Shown piece after piece: positions 1 to 16,129 of a stretch of DNA of 64,000 nucleotides (position 1 is the stretch's first letter; each line of letters starts with the position of its first letter). The position numbers and the translations under genes are program-made. This DNA comes from Penicillus capitatus. Its lineage: Eukaryota; Plantae; Chlorophyta. The stretch lies in the NCBI GenBank assembly GCA_965649825.1, contig OZ287696.1, positions 1,159,101-1,223,100 of the forward strand, written 5' to 3'. The notes beneath the pieces were generated by a model, which did not search any database, was not told the origin of the DNA, and saw nothing but the letters and a program-made list of their open reading frames with translations.

Positions 1-623
1 CATATCTGCTCGCTCTTCTGCCACATTCCATTTCCTCGTATACTGTGACGGTCTCTCTGGAGGTCGATGGATGTCGTGGAAGGCTGTCGTATCCGAAAGA
101 CTTCGATGCAATTGCCGATCCTGTCCACCACGTTTCATACTACAGCAAGCAGCATCCCATCCACTGGTCTATGGGTGGTATGGACTCGGTCTCTTGCCTT
201 CTGAGGTTTTTTATGGGGCAATCGTTTTCGGAAGGCATCGACTTCTTTTCGAACATATCGAGTGGTGTCTCTTCAGTATCATCCACATCTCGACTTCCCT
301 GTTCCCTCTGCATCTCTCTGACGCTATCGTCTTCTTCTTCATCTCCGAAACTCTGAAAACTCGTCCATATTGTTTTCTTCCTTTTCTCGTTCTCGTTCTC
401 CTCTGGCATGGGCAATTGCTTCAGCCATCGCGCAATGGCACGTTTTCTCAAATCAAGAATCGCTTCCTGTTCTTGTCGCTTTTGAAAGGTATCCATATCG
501 TATGTAGATAACATCAGCTGGACAGACCCCTTTCGTCCTACAAGCTCTGAGTACACTTATCTGCTGACTATCAACCGAGTTACCAAGGGAGCTCAGGGGA
601 AAGTTGCGCATTTCTTCTTCCAT
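1..623 (-). CDS. Hypothetical protein, 5' part; runs off the window edge
   Basis: ATG at 623 (MEEEMRNFPLSSL). A 46-nt GT-AG intron joins it in frame to ORF 140..556 (GRKGSVQLMLSTYDMDTF...). No family recognised. Confidence 0.5.
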
Positions 624-1117
624 AGGAGGAGAGGTCAAGAGTCAACGTCAACGTCTTCTCTCTCGAACAATTATAGGACAGAAGTTTTCAGCGAACAGCA
701 GCGGCAGTATTCAAAACCGCCACTGTGACGGTCTTCGTGTCAGCGTAGATGTGCGGGATGGTGAGAATTCTTGATAGCTATCAAGAGGACGATAAGGTCA
801 CGAGAGACGTCTTATCGACTTCACCTACTGGCAACAACGACAGGGACAACGAATGCCATCCTATCCATCACGGCGATGCCAGATGGCGCATTGCGCGGCG
901 TGCTAAGTGAAAAGACGGATGTGACAGGACAGTCAACAGGGGCCCTGCTCTATCTGATCATACGGTTGGAATGGACGGCCTAGGACGGCGCAGATTGTGG
1001 GGCCATGTGCCTCAAATGTGTCAGGACTGACGCGATTGTGGCTTTTTAAGCGGAGGGAGTCCCAGCTCCTCAGCATTCGCCGCCTTTTGCTTTTATCGTG
1101 TCGAGACGGGTTCCAAA

Positions 1118-2914
<1,797 letters not shown>

Positions 2915-3592
2915 TTGACCACATCTCCTTTCCTTTTCTATCCGTTTTCAGATGTAGGCCATTATGACCGTACTCTTCTCTGTGGTTGGTCGGAGAACTT
3001 TTCTTCTCCTTCCATCCGCATCTTGCTAGTTTGCTTTTCTAGAACGTATTAGGAATGGATGAATCATGTTGAGATAACCGCATCTCTGATCACGGCAAGC
3101 TTTTTATCGCTTGCTCGTTTCATTGTTCGAATCTGCTCTACTCTATTCGCTTGTTTTCTTCCGTCGGCGTTAAATCACACTTTTGATTTCATTAGAAGGG
3201 GACAAAGAGTGAGAGATCATGATGTCTCCCTAATGATGTCCGAAACTATTCCTGACATTTAAAAGATTTCCATTTCACGCGATCGGTGTGTCCAGGTACA
3301 GGAACAAAATTTCGAAACAACCACTTGTACAAGTAAGAATGGCAAGGGATTGGACTTCTTACAGTTCGGACTTATTGTTGTTGACAGACCTCCAAAATAG
3401 AAAATGCCAAAGCGCATGAAGCAATAAGTTAGACATGCGACGACAACGATGAAATGTGATGGATACGGTGTCTGAGAGAAAAAGAATCAAATTCAGCCAT
3501 GTGCGTCATCATCCTGCTTATTGAGATCATGGCAGATCTTTGAGATCTGTCGATTCCCTGTGCTTTTATGGGAGATGACAGTGCAGGTCATG

Positions 3593-5717
3593 TCAAGCTG
3601 CAGATGGACCAGAATGACTCGCCTTCGCTGCGCTCAAAGCCGAATCACTGTACAGATACGTTGACACGCAACCAGACGACCTCTTATCCCGATCCCTTTT
3701 AGCGTGTGGACAGGGTGGACGAAGAGCTGCCCTCACAGCCGTTCGTATGCCGCACAAAATTCCTGTTTCCATGGCCAAGGAGCCTTCATCGCTTCTAGAG
3801 GACCCACCACATGCATCACTTAGAACACCATAAGGCATTGCACAAGGAGAGATCTGACCCAAGCTGTGGCATCCCTGAAGAAGAAAGCAGGATGCGACTC
3901 AGAGCATTGGAACGATGCTTCTTATTCTTCTTCTTGAACCAAAAACCACAGCCGCCAGACCAAGGAGTGATTCCTTCACTTGAGGTCACTGAGAAATCAC
4001 ATTGTACACTCCGATCCACTCTTGGCTGCAGTTTTCTTGACATGTGGGATGTGGATGTTTCCGATACATGTGTCATACGAGACTTTCGATAAAGACTGGG
4101 GGAAAGGACGTCCACTGTTCGACTGGTTGGTCGAAATTCAATGGTCGAGAAGGCAGTGGATGTCCAAGGGAGTGTCTCGGGAGTTAGCCTCCCAGGCACA
4201 GCATCGTGTCCTTGGTGATCTTCTGCAACAACCATACAGGTGTTTGTGCAGACGTATGTATAATGACAGACAGACAGACCTCTGACAGAAATGCCACTTT
4301 CCACAACATCCCAGTCGCTCGACTCGGCCAAGCTCGTGTAACGTTGATGGGTGTTCGTTTGTGCAGATGATGACGATGACGACGACGGACAGAGTGCAGC
4401 TGTGGCTGAATGGCATCTTCTAGGGGACGGGTAGGTGTCTTCGTTTGTCAACAGTACTTCAGAATCACTAGCAGCATCTCTTTCTAGTCGGGTTCGGACA
4501 CGGATAGCACACGCTGTTTCCAAACCACTCAAACTTTGACTTGAGTTACGCGAAAGATCTCCGAGCTGAATAGGATCTTGAGTAAAGACACGAAACGGTT
4601 GTTGAGAGCTGTCTCGATTTCTTGATGGAGTCTGAAATAGCTCCCATAAATCGGACGCTGTTGAAACATCGCGATGATCGTGATGGCAATGTTCATCGAA
4701 GGGTGATGCACGAGACAGGGAGAGTGGACACGAGATCATTGCATTCGTGGCATCGTGGACCCAAAACGCATTGCCTGTATAACGAGAAGACGTGGTAGAC
4801 GGATCGGAGGAAAGACTGAGTGTCTCTTCCAGAACAGGCAATCGATCGACATCTCTGAATCTTGAAGTTGGCCGCCTCTTGCCGTAGGCCAGTAAGTCTT
4901 GCTCTCTCGTTTGCTCTTCATTGGCATCACCATCGCTTGAAGGGTGTAGACGGATCTGCTCGAGACAGTCCACGGCTTCAAGGAGTTCGTTGTGTGTGAG
5001 AGGCACCGCGCTAGATGGCGTCAGTGATCGTTGCAGCAATTGTCGTTCACGAGGAAATCGCTCCAGAAGCGCCAGGGCATCTTCCAAACTCTCTGTCAGT
5101 TGCTGTCTCGCATCCTCCAAATCTGGACTGCCCTTCGGAGGTGCTTCTGCGCTGCATCGTGGAATACGGGATGCAAAACGCTGACGCAATCTTGGCGTTG
5201 TTTCCAAAAACGGCGACTCTTCTCCATCTCTTGTCTTTGTTACCGTCGCTGGCTTGGTGCTCGTTGCCATTCTTGTTGGCACATTCGAAGAAGATTTGAA
5301 GAGTTCGATGAGTTCCTCCACTTGCGATTGGCAACGTACAATATCTGTTAGAAGCAATTCTGCATTCACGGGTGGTGGTGGTTGTTGTTGTTTTTGTGGC
5401 ACGTGTCTCTCGCTCGGGTCAAAAACTTTCTTCAGAGAATCGCCCTCTGAAGCGCCTTCGGTAGAGGACCATTCGCCGTCATCGCCGTCGACTTCCACCT
5501 CATTGCGTATCTGCATCGCATCTGACTGTGCCCCCGTCATCGTCGCCTCCTCCGTAAAAAGATAGGAATAGCGCTGGTAGTTTTGGGGCGACGCCCGGCG
5601 CTGTTCGACGGCGGTGCGGGCACCGTCGATGGCGAACACATCTTCGGCGGCCTCTAAAGAAGCTTCGCAAGGAGAATCGTTGCGATTCCCTAAATAGTGA
5701 CGAATTCCCCTGTCCAT
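3593..5717 (-). CDS. Hypothetical low-complexity protein (Ser/Glu/Pro-rich)
   Basis: 633-codon ORF 3816..5717 with ATG. A probable short intron links it to ORF 3593..3862. No conserved domain recognised. Confidence 0.55.
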
Positions 5718-5841
5718 TTCTACCGAAAAGAATCACGGCTGTTAGCGAAAGGGAGCGACGTAGCGTAAATGACAAGACATCGATCGGTTCGTCAGCGAAA
5801 GCGTGTCTACACATGGCGTCACATCAGCGCTGTCATCATAT

Positions 5842-8800
5842 TCATGATAAACTGTCGACTGTCTTTTTGATCCATTCAGCCACTTCCGACCAATCTCCAG
5901 CCTGGCACAAATTCTTCAATTCCATGAAATTGGCAGTCTGCTGACCCAGTGTCATCTTATTGACGAAAGCAAATTTGTATTTCTTCGCTGTATCTGCATC
6001 GATGGTCTGGCATTCTTCGATGATCTTCGTGATGTGTGTGTACATGTCTGGCAAGTTGTCGCCTTGCTTTTCAGAATCTGGCTCTTTTTCATCTTCTTCG
6101 ACCAGATCTATGACGTTCTTTTGCGATGAATGTTCTTCCTGCTGTGCTGGATGCGTCAGCGGCTTCTCCGTTCCAGTACCAGATGCATCACTGCCTGTGG
6201 TGCTCGGATCGATGACAGTGATATCTGGCGATGTGTGTGAAATGCGATCCGCCGTTGCTGCTGCCGATCGCGCATTCCTCTGCGATTCGTTCGGAAAGAC
6301 TTGGCAGGGATAACCGACAGCCGGTTCTGCTTCGGAAGGATGGGAGTAGTTAACTGGCTGAAGATGATTTGTCCCGCGACCAGCAGGATGTTGAGTAGGG
6401 GCCTGAGATGTGACCAATCGCACCTGTCCGTGTGCATCAGTCACCATATACAGACCTCTGTCTGTTTTCTTCGCCAGGGCATTGACACCGCCACGGATGT
6501 TCAGACGGATGGGTACAGATGGCAAACACGCCGGACGCTGAACACGATGCTGCCTAGGATTGGTTGAGTGGATATACTGTGAAGGGGGCGGTGGTGTGCC
6601 AAACACGTGTCTCTTGTTTCCTGGTGTCTGAAAGGGCTGTCCATGGAGAGCGACGAAACCGGCTGATGTACGAATCATCGGAGCTGCATGGACAGCATTG
6701 GCTGGGATCACAAACAGGCCTCGGATTCGCTGATCTGCGGGAAACCCGGATACAGGGTCACGAATGAGTCCCGCTTCGACCAGCAAACGCCCATCTTGAG
6801 TTTTCTGTAGAATTTTGATTTCAGTGAGATGCTGTGCGTCGGATAGGACATTGGCATGTAAGATCCTTCTCGCTGGAGGGGCCGGAGACGGAGCCGGAGA
6901 AGGACGAATAGCGGCTGCTGGAGGAATATACATAGAAGCTGGTATCTTGGGCAGTTTTTGCGGACCACCTCCAAGTGGAATGGACTGAGAAAAGGAATCG
7001 GCCTAAAGGAAGGCATCCATCATAACCACGCCTGCATGTGACGAGGCAGTTCTTACCACGACAGCGTCTGGCAGAATGAAGACAGCGTAAGAGAGCTTCC
7101 AAAGAGCATTGGATTTGAGCAAGACCAAAATATCTCCAACGGTTAGTCCAATTTCATCTACAAATTGATTCCACACCGTCGCCGAGAATTGACAGTGGTC
7201 TTTTGCGACGGAACAGATGAAGCGAAAGGTCTGTTTGCCGCAAGCGTTGCTCAGTTCAACAGCACGAGGTCCCTCAACATTGTTAGAAGATGCGCCAAAC
7301 CATTCGGCCACCGTGCCTGATCCATCGCCGCCATAAGCAGGAGTGCATAAATGGATGATGCCTGCGCTTACTGGGCAGAAGGACATGTTCTGTTGCAACC
7401 GTAATGTTGGCATGCGTCATTCTGAGCGCCACGGCATTGAGAGCCACTTGCACCCAATCTCTGCTGTCTCTTAACAAGGCGGCCATATTCGGGTCGCAGA
7501 TACGCCTCTCCACTTTCATCTCTTGGCGCTTGACGGGGTCCGATGTCTCTTCCTCGACGTCCATGTCATCATTCTCTTCGCCCTCTGCACTCTGCTCGTT
7601 ATTGTGTCGTATGGGCTGGTCGTGAGCAGGTGCCTTCTCTTTGTCCAGTCCCAGCTCTTCCCAGTCAATACGCTGCAAGAAACAGTCCGCAGGCTTTCTT
7701 CCCCATGATTTGAAAGCTGCCATGGTTGTGGGGCCATCCAGTTTCTGCCGTTTCGATGCAGATCGGCCACGACCGTAGTGATCTCCCACGGAGCATGCTC
7801 TCTGATTATGTGCCATCATCCGAATGAAACTGCTGACTTGTTCGCTGTCTGCACAGTAAAGAAATGTCATCAACTGTCTGTCCTGGATGTAATCGTCCTT
7901 GGGAAAATTCAAGGAGACAATGGACTGACGATTCATCATGGCACGTTTCAGTGTAGCCAAGTCATACGCTCTTGCTGCCCCCTCCAAAGTATCAAATCGA
8001 CCCAGATAATGATATTTCCCACCAAACTCGACTTTTGAGTACGGTACGCCATCCCGCGAGAAATAAACACCTTTCCATTTTTTGCTATCTCTGATGTTTT
8101 TCACCCATGAATTTTGTGTCGGTGGTCCCTTACAGCTAGATGCGACGATGTCTTTCATCTCATCGGCACTGCAGGTTTGCGTTTGAACAGAGCGTCTGTT
8201 GTCCCTCGCGTCCGCAGGTACGGTCACATTACCAAGTTCGTCTTCAAAGCTCATCTTGCATGATTCGATGGTGTTCTGCACTTCTTGCATTTCATCAACT
8301 GCGCCTAAGTCAGGATGCAAATCCCTGAACATGTCAACCAGTTCGTCAAATCTCAGAACGACCATGAGACTAAGAACTCTCTCCAATCTCCCATAGTCTT
8401 CGAGTCTAAAGTTCGTTCGTGCAGTCGAAAGATTCTGTGAATTACTCATGGCACGTTTAAGAGAAGCCAAATCCCACGCCTGTGCTGCAGCAGCAGCTGA
8501 ATGATGAAAACCCAAGAAATGAAAATGATTGGCCGTCTGGATGATGCTGTAGTATACAGAGAGCTTTGAAAGAGCGAACACTCCACGAAAGCGCCCCAGT
8601 AGTTCAACCTCGTCTTTTGCTCGCATCATGTTCCTCGTCTTAAGAAGTTGGTGGATAGGGTTGACCGTGGTACAGTCTATTTCCGGCTCAGATGCCTTGC
8701 TGCGTTCGGAGGTGTCGTCAGGCATCATCTGGCGCTTAGAGGGAGGCAATTCAGTCGACGCAGTACCAGAGACATGCTGCAGGAGCAGCAATCCTTCAAC

Positions 8801-8857
8801 TGCCGGACCTTCTCCGCAATCACTCTTAGCGCTTCCTTCGTCTACACACACGCACAC
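5842..8857 (-). CDS. Transcription factor with two AP2/ERF domains, a B3-like domain and a long Pro-rich C-terminus
   Basis: AP2-1 is RFRGV...FLGFHHSAAAAAQAWDLASLK...NF. AP2-2 is KWKGV...YLGRFDTLEGAARAYDLATLK...LNFP. Introns 7317-7371 (55 nt) and 7003-7056 (54 nt) join ORFs 7283..8857, 7003..7413 and 5842..6933 in frame. The true start is uncertain. Confidence 0.8.
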
Positions 8858-9399
8858 GTCGCTACGTCCCGCGACGTTTGTGCAAAAAAACGTCTCGTTT
8901 GAACGCGACTTGCTTATCGTACGTCAAATTTAGAGAAAAGTTTAAGTCAAAAGGCCTCATGGTGAGTTTTGGGATCGTTACCTGAGGGACAACAGTGTTG
9001 CGTTTCTCGCTCGTCTGTCTTCTCGTCGGTGCTCATAGACTCAGCAGCTTCACTGTTTACCTTTTCTGAGGGTGCGTCCATAGCTGTCTTGGCAGCTCGA
9101 CTTGGCGCTCTTCGATTGAAATAGGTTACCTATATCCAAAAATAAAACCACGTACAAAGAACCGTTAAGTCACAAAGGACGCTAAGAGGAAGGAAGGGTC
9201 GACACAATAGTGGTTTGTGCGTTCGTATGAATTTCGATCCGCAGAGAAGGAGGCACTTACTGAGAAGCTACGCGCGTGGCTGCCCGGGCGAAGCTCCTAC
9301 GCTAAGTGGATACGTTACAGTGAGTCAAACCAAGCATAACCGCTTGAAATGACGACCAAGTAACACGCGAAACGCGGCTCGGTATGAAGTTCAAAAAGA

Positions 9400-12300
9400 T
9401 CACAAAAATCCAGAAATTGTGGTGCTTAGCCGCAGCCCTGACTCAACAAGGAGACCATGTCCGCGGGAACTGAACGGTAAAAAAACAAAACGGTTATTCC
9501 ATCGACGGTCCAAGCATTCCATGAGACCACAGAATTTAGCGTCCTCTGCACCGAACACGTACATCACATCTGTCATCGAGGCAACGAGAGAGCGAATGAG
9601 GGGCTCCATTTTTCCCGTACTCATTCCCACAAGTGCCTTGGCGAGTTCCTCGGGACGAGCACCCCTTTGCCTTCTCTGCAACACATGCAAGTACATGGGA
9701 TGACGTTGACGCAGCTGAGCCCACAGGGCACTGCCTTCATACCATCTCTTCAGAAAACGCTCATAAGGCAGGGAACTTGTTAGGATACCGGCCGTCTCCA
9801 TATCCTGCTGCAGTCGGGCTGCTCGGGTATCAGGGTTTTCAATCCCAGACGTCCCAGAAATGACAATGAGCTTGGGGCAATCCATATGCAACGCCATGTG
9901 CTGTGCTAAACGGCCTCCAAGGGAATAGCCAACGATCGCATGAGGCGTTCTGCCAAACTGCTTAGCAAACGCACAGAGAGCGGCCGAGACACGCTCAAAA
10001 TCGTACATGTCATCATCGGCATGGGCTTCGCCAGGCTGAAGCTGTGTGTTTCCGTGTCCTGGAAGATCCACGGCCACACAGACGCATTGACTGCTTAGGT
10101 GATGCATAATTGGCAACCAGTCATTTGAGTTGCCTAAAAAACCGTGCAAAAATAGCACCACTGGATCATCGATTGAATTCTTGACTTGGCAATAGTGAAA
10201 CACATACACACCGTCTTCAGTGGCAACGGATTTCTGTAACGCCATTTCCTCGACTCGGTCGCTCTCTGGTTTGAATGCCTTGGCCTGTGCGAGCAATATC
10301 TGCCAAGAAGCCTCCAACATGATGCTGGGCTTTCTAAAGCAGTCTCCGTCGACATTCTGAAACCAGTCCACTGTTCCCAGTCCATGACGCGCTGGATGTT
10401 TCTGAATCCCATTCCTCTGTTGTGTGACGGCATTGGATATGGCTGCCAGTTCGCACAGGAAGGAGATACCGACAGGAGTCTCGAATGCAGATGATATGAC
10501 TGTCTTGCGATTCAGCGAAACGCATATCTTCATGATATGCACGAGGCGATCGATAGAGCCCATACAACTCGGCTTGAGGACACAGCTCACCACTCCTGGG
10601 CAGTGCTTAAGGAGCTCGGCCACGTCTGCTGGTCCTCTGCTCGAGGCAATACTCTCATCAAGAGCGACAGGAAGCTGTGTCTTCTCACAGAAGACGGCAA
10701 TGTCGTTCACTCGATTCACAGGTTCCTCGATGTACTCGAGATTGGGACAGGAGAGGTGCTCTGCGAAACGAAGAGCGTGGTCTATGTCCCAGGCTCGATT
10801 CGCATCGAGACGGATACTCAGTCGATCCCCGAATGCTTTGGAGATGCTGCTGATCACGTTGGCCTCCTGCTCTGGGGACTGACCTCTGCCAACTTTGATT
10901 TTGACGGTTTGATATCCCTGTTCAAGCAGATCACGACATCTCTCTATCGCTGTTTCCGCGTTTGAGATGTCTTCCAGAAGTGCATTCGACACGACTTCTG
11001 GATGATCTGCTTCGGGAGATGGACTCCAGAGTTTGTGGAGTGGGCGGCCTTGCATGCAGGAGAAAGCCATCAGCAATGCTGTATCAAAGCCAAAACGAAC
11101 AGTTGGGCTCATATCTGAGTCTTCAATTCCGTACGTATTGGACAACCAGTCACTCAAATGTCCATCCAACAGACATATCTCTCGAGGAACCTACACAGAA
11201 CCCCATCTCCACGATTCCCATGACATTGCTGCGTGTGTATACTTCTTGACCAATGAGTGCTCTTTTAAGGTATCGTAACTGTGGCATGACATCTTGTAAG
11301 GACTCAGAATGGAGCCCATCCAGCGGTGCGATTTCTCCAATCCCTGACCATTCTCCTAAACACTCATGGCCTTCTGTGTCGTCTGTATTGTCGGAATCTG
11401 CGTTCTTTTTCAATGTGATCCTCAACAGGATCCCTTCTCTGAACATTGCGGCGTTCCCTGTTGTTGGTCCCTTTCTCAAAGGAAGAGAAAAATGCTGCCA
11501 TGACAAATCTTTGATCACAGCCGTTTTCATCCGAGTCATGGTCTTGCAGAGATCTACAGCCCGAAGAGCTGCAGCTGCAGAAGCAGCTTGAATCTGCTGA
11601 TGCAGTTCCACGTTATTCTTCCTGCATTCAGAAGTGGGGATGTTGATATGATAATGATATGTGTGACCTGTCTGTGACAACTTCAATCACACAATGTTGA
11701 TGGGACTTCCACGCTGTGTTCAGAGCTTCCTTGAATTCGGTTGGTTTTGTGACGAGATTGTGGGCAACTCCATAAGCTTGGCACAGTGTGGCGATGTTGA
11801 TGTTCTGTGGAGTCGACCACAATGCGTTAAACATTTCCGGCACGACAGCGTGAGCGATGGGTAAGAAATCAAAAATACCGCCGCCGCCATTATTGATCAC
11901 CACGAGCGTCATTGGCGGCCATGCTTCGCTTCGAAGAAAATGCAGTCCATTGCTGTCATGAAAGAAAGAGATATCCCCAATAAGCAATGTCACTGGTTTT
12001 CTCAATCCAACAGCATAGCCTAGAGGACGACAGAAATGAGAAGTGCTTTTGGTCATAGCCCTTACCAATAGCTGCACTGATAACTCCATCGATGCCACTG
12101 GCTCCTCTGTTGGCAGCAACCTTTGCGAAAGGAGCGCCCTTGTGTGTAGCAACGCCTTTTTTACAAGTAACGCCACCAAATATGTCCATATCTCGAATCG
12201 GCATGCCGTTGCCCAGGAAGAGACCATGTCCTGCAGGGAGCAACTGACTGAGAATGAAAGAGACGTAGGGTTCTGTCATGCAGTCCTCGTGTGCTAACGT

Positions 12301-15300
12301 CGTCAGCGACTGCACCAATGAACGCGTCACAGTATGATCGACCGATTTCCATTGGCTCAAGTACATAGCATGATCGCTGTTCACCTCCCATTTTCGATGC
12401 ATCAGCAAGGCATAGATTTGAGGCAGCGAAACGGTCACTTTCAAGGTGACAAGGTGACATGGATCATCTCGCCAGGTGTCTCTCGAGACCTGGATCCATT
12501 CTGTCTGTGGATGCGTCTCTCTGCAACGCTGTAAGAACTGCATGAGTCTCTTGGATGTTAGGTGGCCACTGAACTGGAGAATCACATCTGGCGCGAGTGC
12601 CTCGCACGGCATTGGATCCATGGACAGAATCTGATCCGCAGTGTGGATGTAAGGCCATTCTGCGAGGCGATAGGGATTTTTTAACCCCGATAAAACGTCC
12701 ACGATGCACGGCCACTGAAGACGTTCGGCAATCTCTGCTGCGGCTGTTCGTTCGTTCGGCATCAGCAGTTCCCCAATGATCAACAATCCACGTTTGGCCC
12801 GTTGTACCTAAAGTGCAGAAGGATGCCACGTGACAAGAGCATGTGCCTTTTAACCTGATCCAATAACCGCTCTGTATCCTGCAGGACGCATGCCCCCCTT
12901 GTGAATCTTGTAAAACATTGATCCGATGACAGCCAATCCGCCAACACGCGATCTGTCGGGAGCTTCTGCTCGACTGTCTTTTCAATGGGCTCCAAAGGTT
13001 CATCGAACTGAAAATTGAGATGGACGGGTCCTGGAGGATCCATACAAGCATGACGCACAGCGGCATCCACAGTGGTCAGAAAGGCTCTGGAGATAGAGGG
13101 ACTGTTAGCCTCAGATGGCGGCGGGATATCATGGAAGTATCGTGTATAATCTCCAAACAGCTTCACTTGATTGATGGTCTGATTGCTGCCAGTGTTCCTG
13201 AGATTCGAGGGACGGTCAGCTGTCAGCAACAGCATCGGCACACGGGAAAGGCTCGCTTCGATGACTGAAGGCATGAGATTGGCAGTGGCTGTTCCTGAGG
13301 ACGTAATGATAGGAGCCGGACGCTGCGTCGCCCGAGCGTATCCAAGACTCCAAAAGGCCAGACTTCGTTCATCAATACATGGATAGACATGACAGTTGGG
13401 ATTTATGGCGGCGGCGTAGACAAGGGGCGAAGATCTGGACCCAGGCGCCACGGCAAACGTATGAATACCCAATCGACAGAGCTCTTCGACCAATAGACTC
13501 GCCATCCTGATATTGGCATTTGGAGACGATAGATAGGAGAGGCGAGACGAAAGCTGATGCTTGAAAGGTCGGACCTTGAGATCAAGTTCTTTCCATTCGC
13601 TCAGCATATCTGATTCTTTGACAGTGCCGACACCGGCAAAGAGGGACAGAGTGTGTTTGTTTTTGCCTGTGTCTTTGAAGAGACCAGATCGAATTGCCAC
13701 GATGAATTCTGCCCCTTGACCAGATAGCCAGCCAAAAGGCCCGGCGTAGTATCCTCTATCAAAGAGCTCTGTTTTGGCCAAGATCTCTTTGGCTGCTGTC
13801 TGCGGATGGCCGCACACTGCGGGAGTGGGATGCAAAGCGCTGAGAATATCGAAATCTGAGCGCGATTCTTTTAGACGTCCCCGCAAACGACCGTAGAGAT
13901 GCTGAACAGATGCTCTTCGAATGACACTCTTGTGCACATCCACATCCACATCCGAGCAAATGGTGCGAAGGGTATCGGTCAACCAATTGCGCACCAGAGT
14001 AAACTCAACATGATCTTTTGGATGCCGCATCAGTTCAAGCCCAATCAAGAAATCCTCTCTCAGATTGCCTGCAGCATGCTTGTGAGATCAGCTCGTCCTG
14101 GAGAACAAGACCTTTGGGTCCACGTGGTCGAGTTCCGGCAATAGCTTCGCTGATCACCTGATCGCCATTCCGCCTGTACAGTCTCTCCGGAGTGGAACCA
14201 ACAAAGGTCCCACCTCTTGGCAAACTGAGACAGAATTGATAGGCACTGGGATCGCAGTGCTACAGAAGCATCGTCAGGAACAGACAGTACCATGCTGTGC
14301 ACACTTGTAAATGCTGCAACATTGAATGGGGATAGAGGGTACCCTCGACGTCGAGCTTTGTTCGACGTGCCAAAACGATCTTGGCGAGGTTTTCGTCCGC
14401 ATCGCTGCTCTCCTCCTCTTCAACTGTATTCTGTGCGTTCAGTGCCGCCAGCAAATCATCGAGTCCCTGGCCCATATGTCAAGGAAAGATCTGTCTATAT
14501 CAAATGCACACACCTGCTGTCCAGATTCAAGGCATTCTCGAACAGCTGTCTCTGAATCGACACCACCGAAAAGATCTCCTCTGTGCTTGATGCTTTTGAG
14601 GTTTTCGCATGTGGTCGACACTAATTCCTTCCATTCATCAAGAGAAGGCACTTGAGTTTCTGCCATCCTGTAAACACACTCGTGTCGACACAATTTCGAG
14701 CCACATTCGCACGGGATCTACCACTGCACATGAGGTGCCAGCGTTGTATGTGAGGTGACAGGTGCAACGTCCTGCAGTATGTCGGCGACAACCTTCACTG
14801 CCTCGATGGGTGTCGACATTCCCATGCCACAAAAAGATGATGGACTGGAGAACGTCGCATCCCAAGCAAGTGTGCATACGAGGGTGTTGTGCTCTGGAGC
14901 TTCTATGAATTCCACTGCAGGGATAGAGAACAGATAACTTCCAAACTCTTTCCATTCGTCATCGATGCGTCGCCCGGCGTCAAATCTGCAAAGGATGGAT
15001 GAGGATAGAGATCATACCATCGGTCGATGTTGTTACGCACCGTGTGGCACCGATACACTTAATGGAAGGATTCTGGGGGTCCAAGAATCGGTGGATGTGT
15101 TCAAAGAGGCGTTGATCGGGGTGTTCTCCCTCTCTTCCTTTCCATAACCACGAATGTCCGATGCCACAGAAGACAGATGCATCGCCATCGCCTTCTTGTT
15201 GAAGATCGCACGTGGATTCATCCCTCTGACGGAAGTAGAAACTCATATGGCGTTGACATAGTCGTGTTTGATGCTTGAGCCAATTCAAAGCAGTTTCTCC

Positions 15301-15891
15301 ACTAGGAAGTGCGACCTTTGTTCGAAATGATGACAAGGATGACAGAGAGAAGGACTGGTCCACCTCGATGCGCACGATGCCGCTCTTGTACATCTTCCAC
15401 TGAGTGATGTTGCTTTCAGAAATACTCAGCAGTTTCTGTACAGCTTCATCAATGTGCAACTGGGAGAAACCCGGACATCACGAAGGTACAGGAAAGCAGT
15501 TCGGCATGGTACCGCTCTTCCCGCAGAAATGGTTTCTTTCAGAGAGATAGGAGCTGTGACAAGCTTCTCCATCTCCCCTTGATGTTGTGAACGGCCGAAC
15601 GTCGATTGCATCGTCTCCGATTCCGTGACCTCCAACGGAATGATGTGGTCCGTGCGTACCGCCTCTGCGGTCCCGTAGCTAATCCCTCTCTCGCTAAAGT
15701 TCGACGGTTTCAGACACGTTCAGGCATCTTGGTGGCTACCTTTCAGGAACCATTCCTTCACCGCCGCTGCCTATCTCGCGAATGCAAAAGGTCGTGTGCC
15801 GGATATGATTTAATGCCGACGATCGAGGCGAGCTGGACCGAAGGAAGGTTGAAGGAAGTGCGGACAGTCTATTTCGTGTGGACGGAACCAT
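9400..15891 (-). CDS. PHYLLO: PHYLLO: fused MenF (isochorismate synthase)-MenD-MenC-MenH phylloquinone biosynthesis protein, plastid-targeted
   Basis: Ser/Arg-rich transit peptide from ATG 15891. ICS motifs AYQF, FVGSTPERL, EAIAGTRPRG, HPTPAVCG and DRGYYAGPFGW. MenD motifs APGSRSSPL, DERSLAFWSLG, NRGASGIDG and GDISFFHD. MenC motifs GEIAPL, KIKVG, RLDAN, YIEEP and ALDES. MenH motifs HGFLG and GYSLGG. Confidence 0.95.
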
Positions 15892-16129
15892 CAAGTAGTG
15901 ATGCACAGTCCGTGTCTTTTAGAAAGGGATCATCCAACCACCGAATAGTACTACGTTAAAAAGATCAACGCAGACGTCTAGCTGAAGGCAGGCATTCCCT
16001 CGTTGGACAGAAACACGTCGTTGTCGTATACCATGATACTGGAAGTGCACTCAATATGTTCTGCTTTGCAAGATGTTTATCGATTCACGAGGCGCAATGA
16101 AAAAGAGAGTGTATGTACAACTATTGCGC

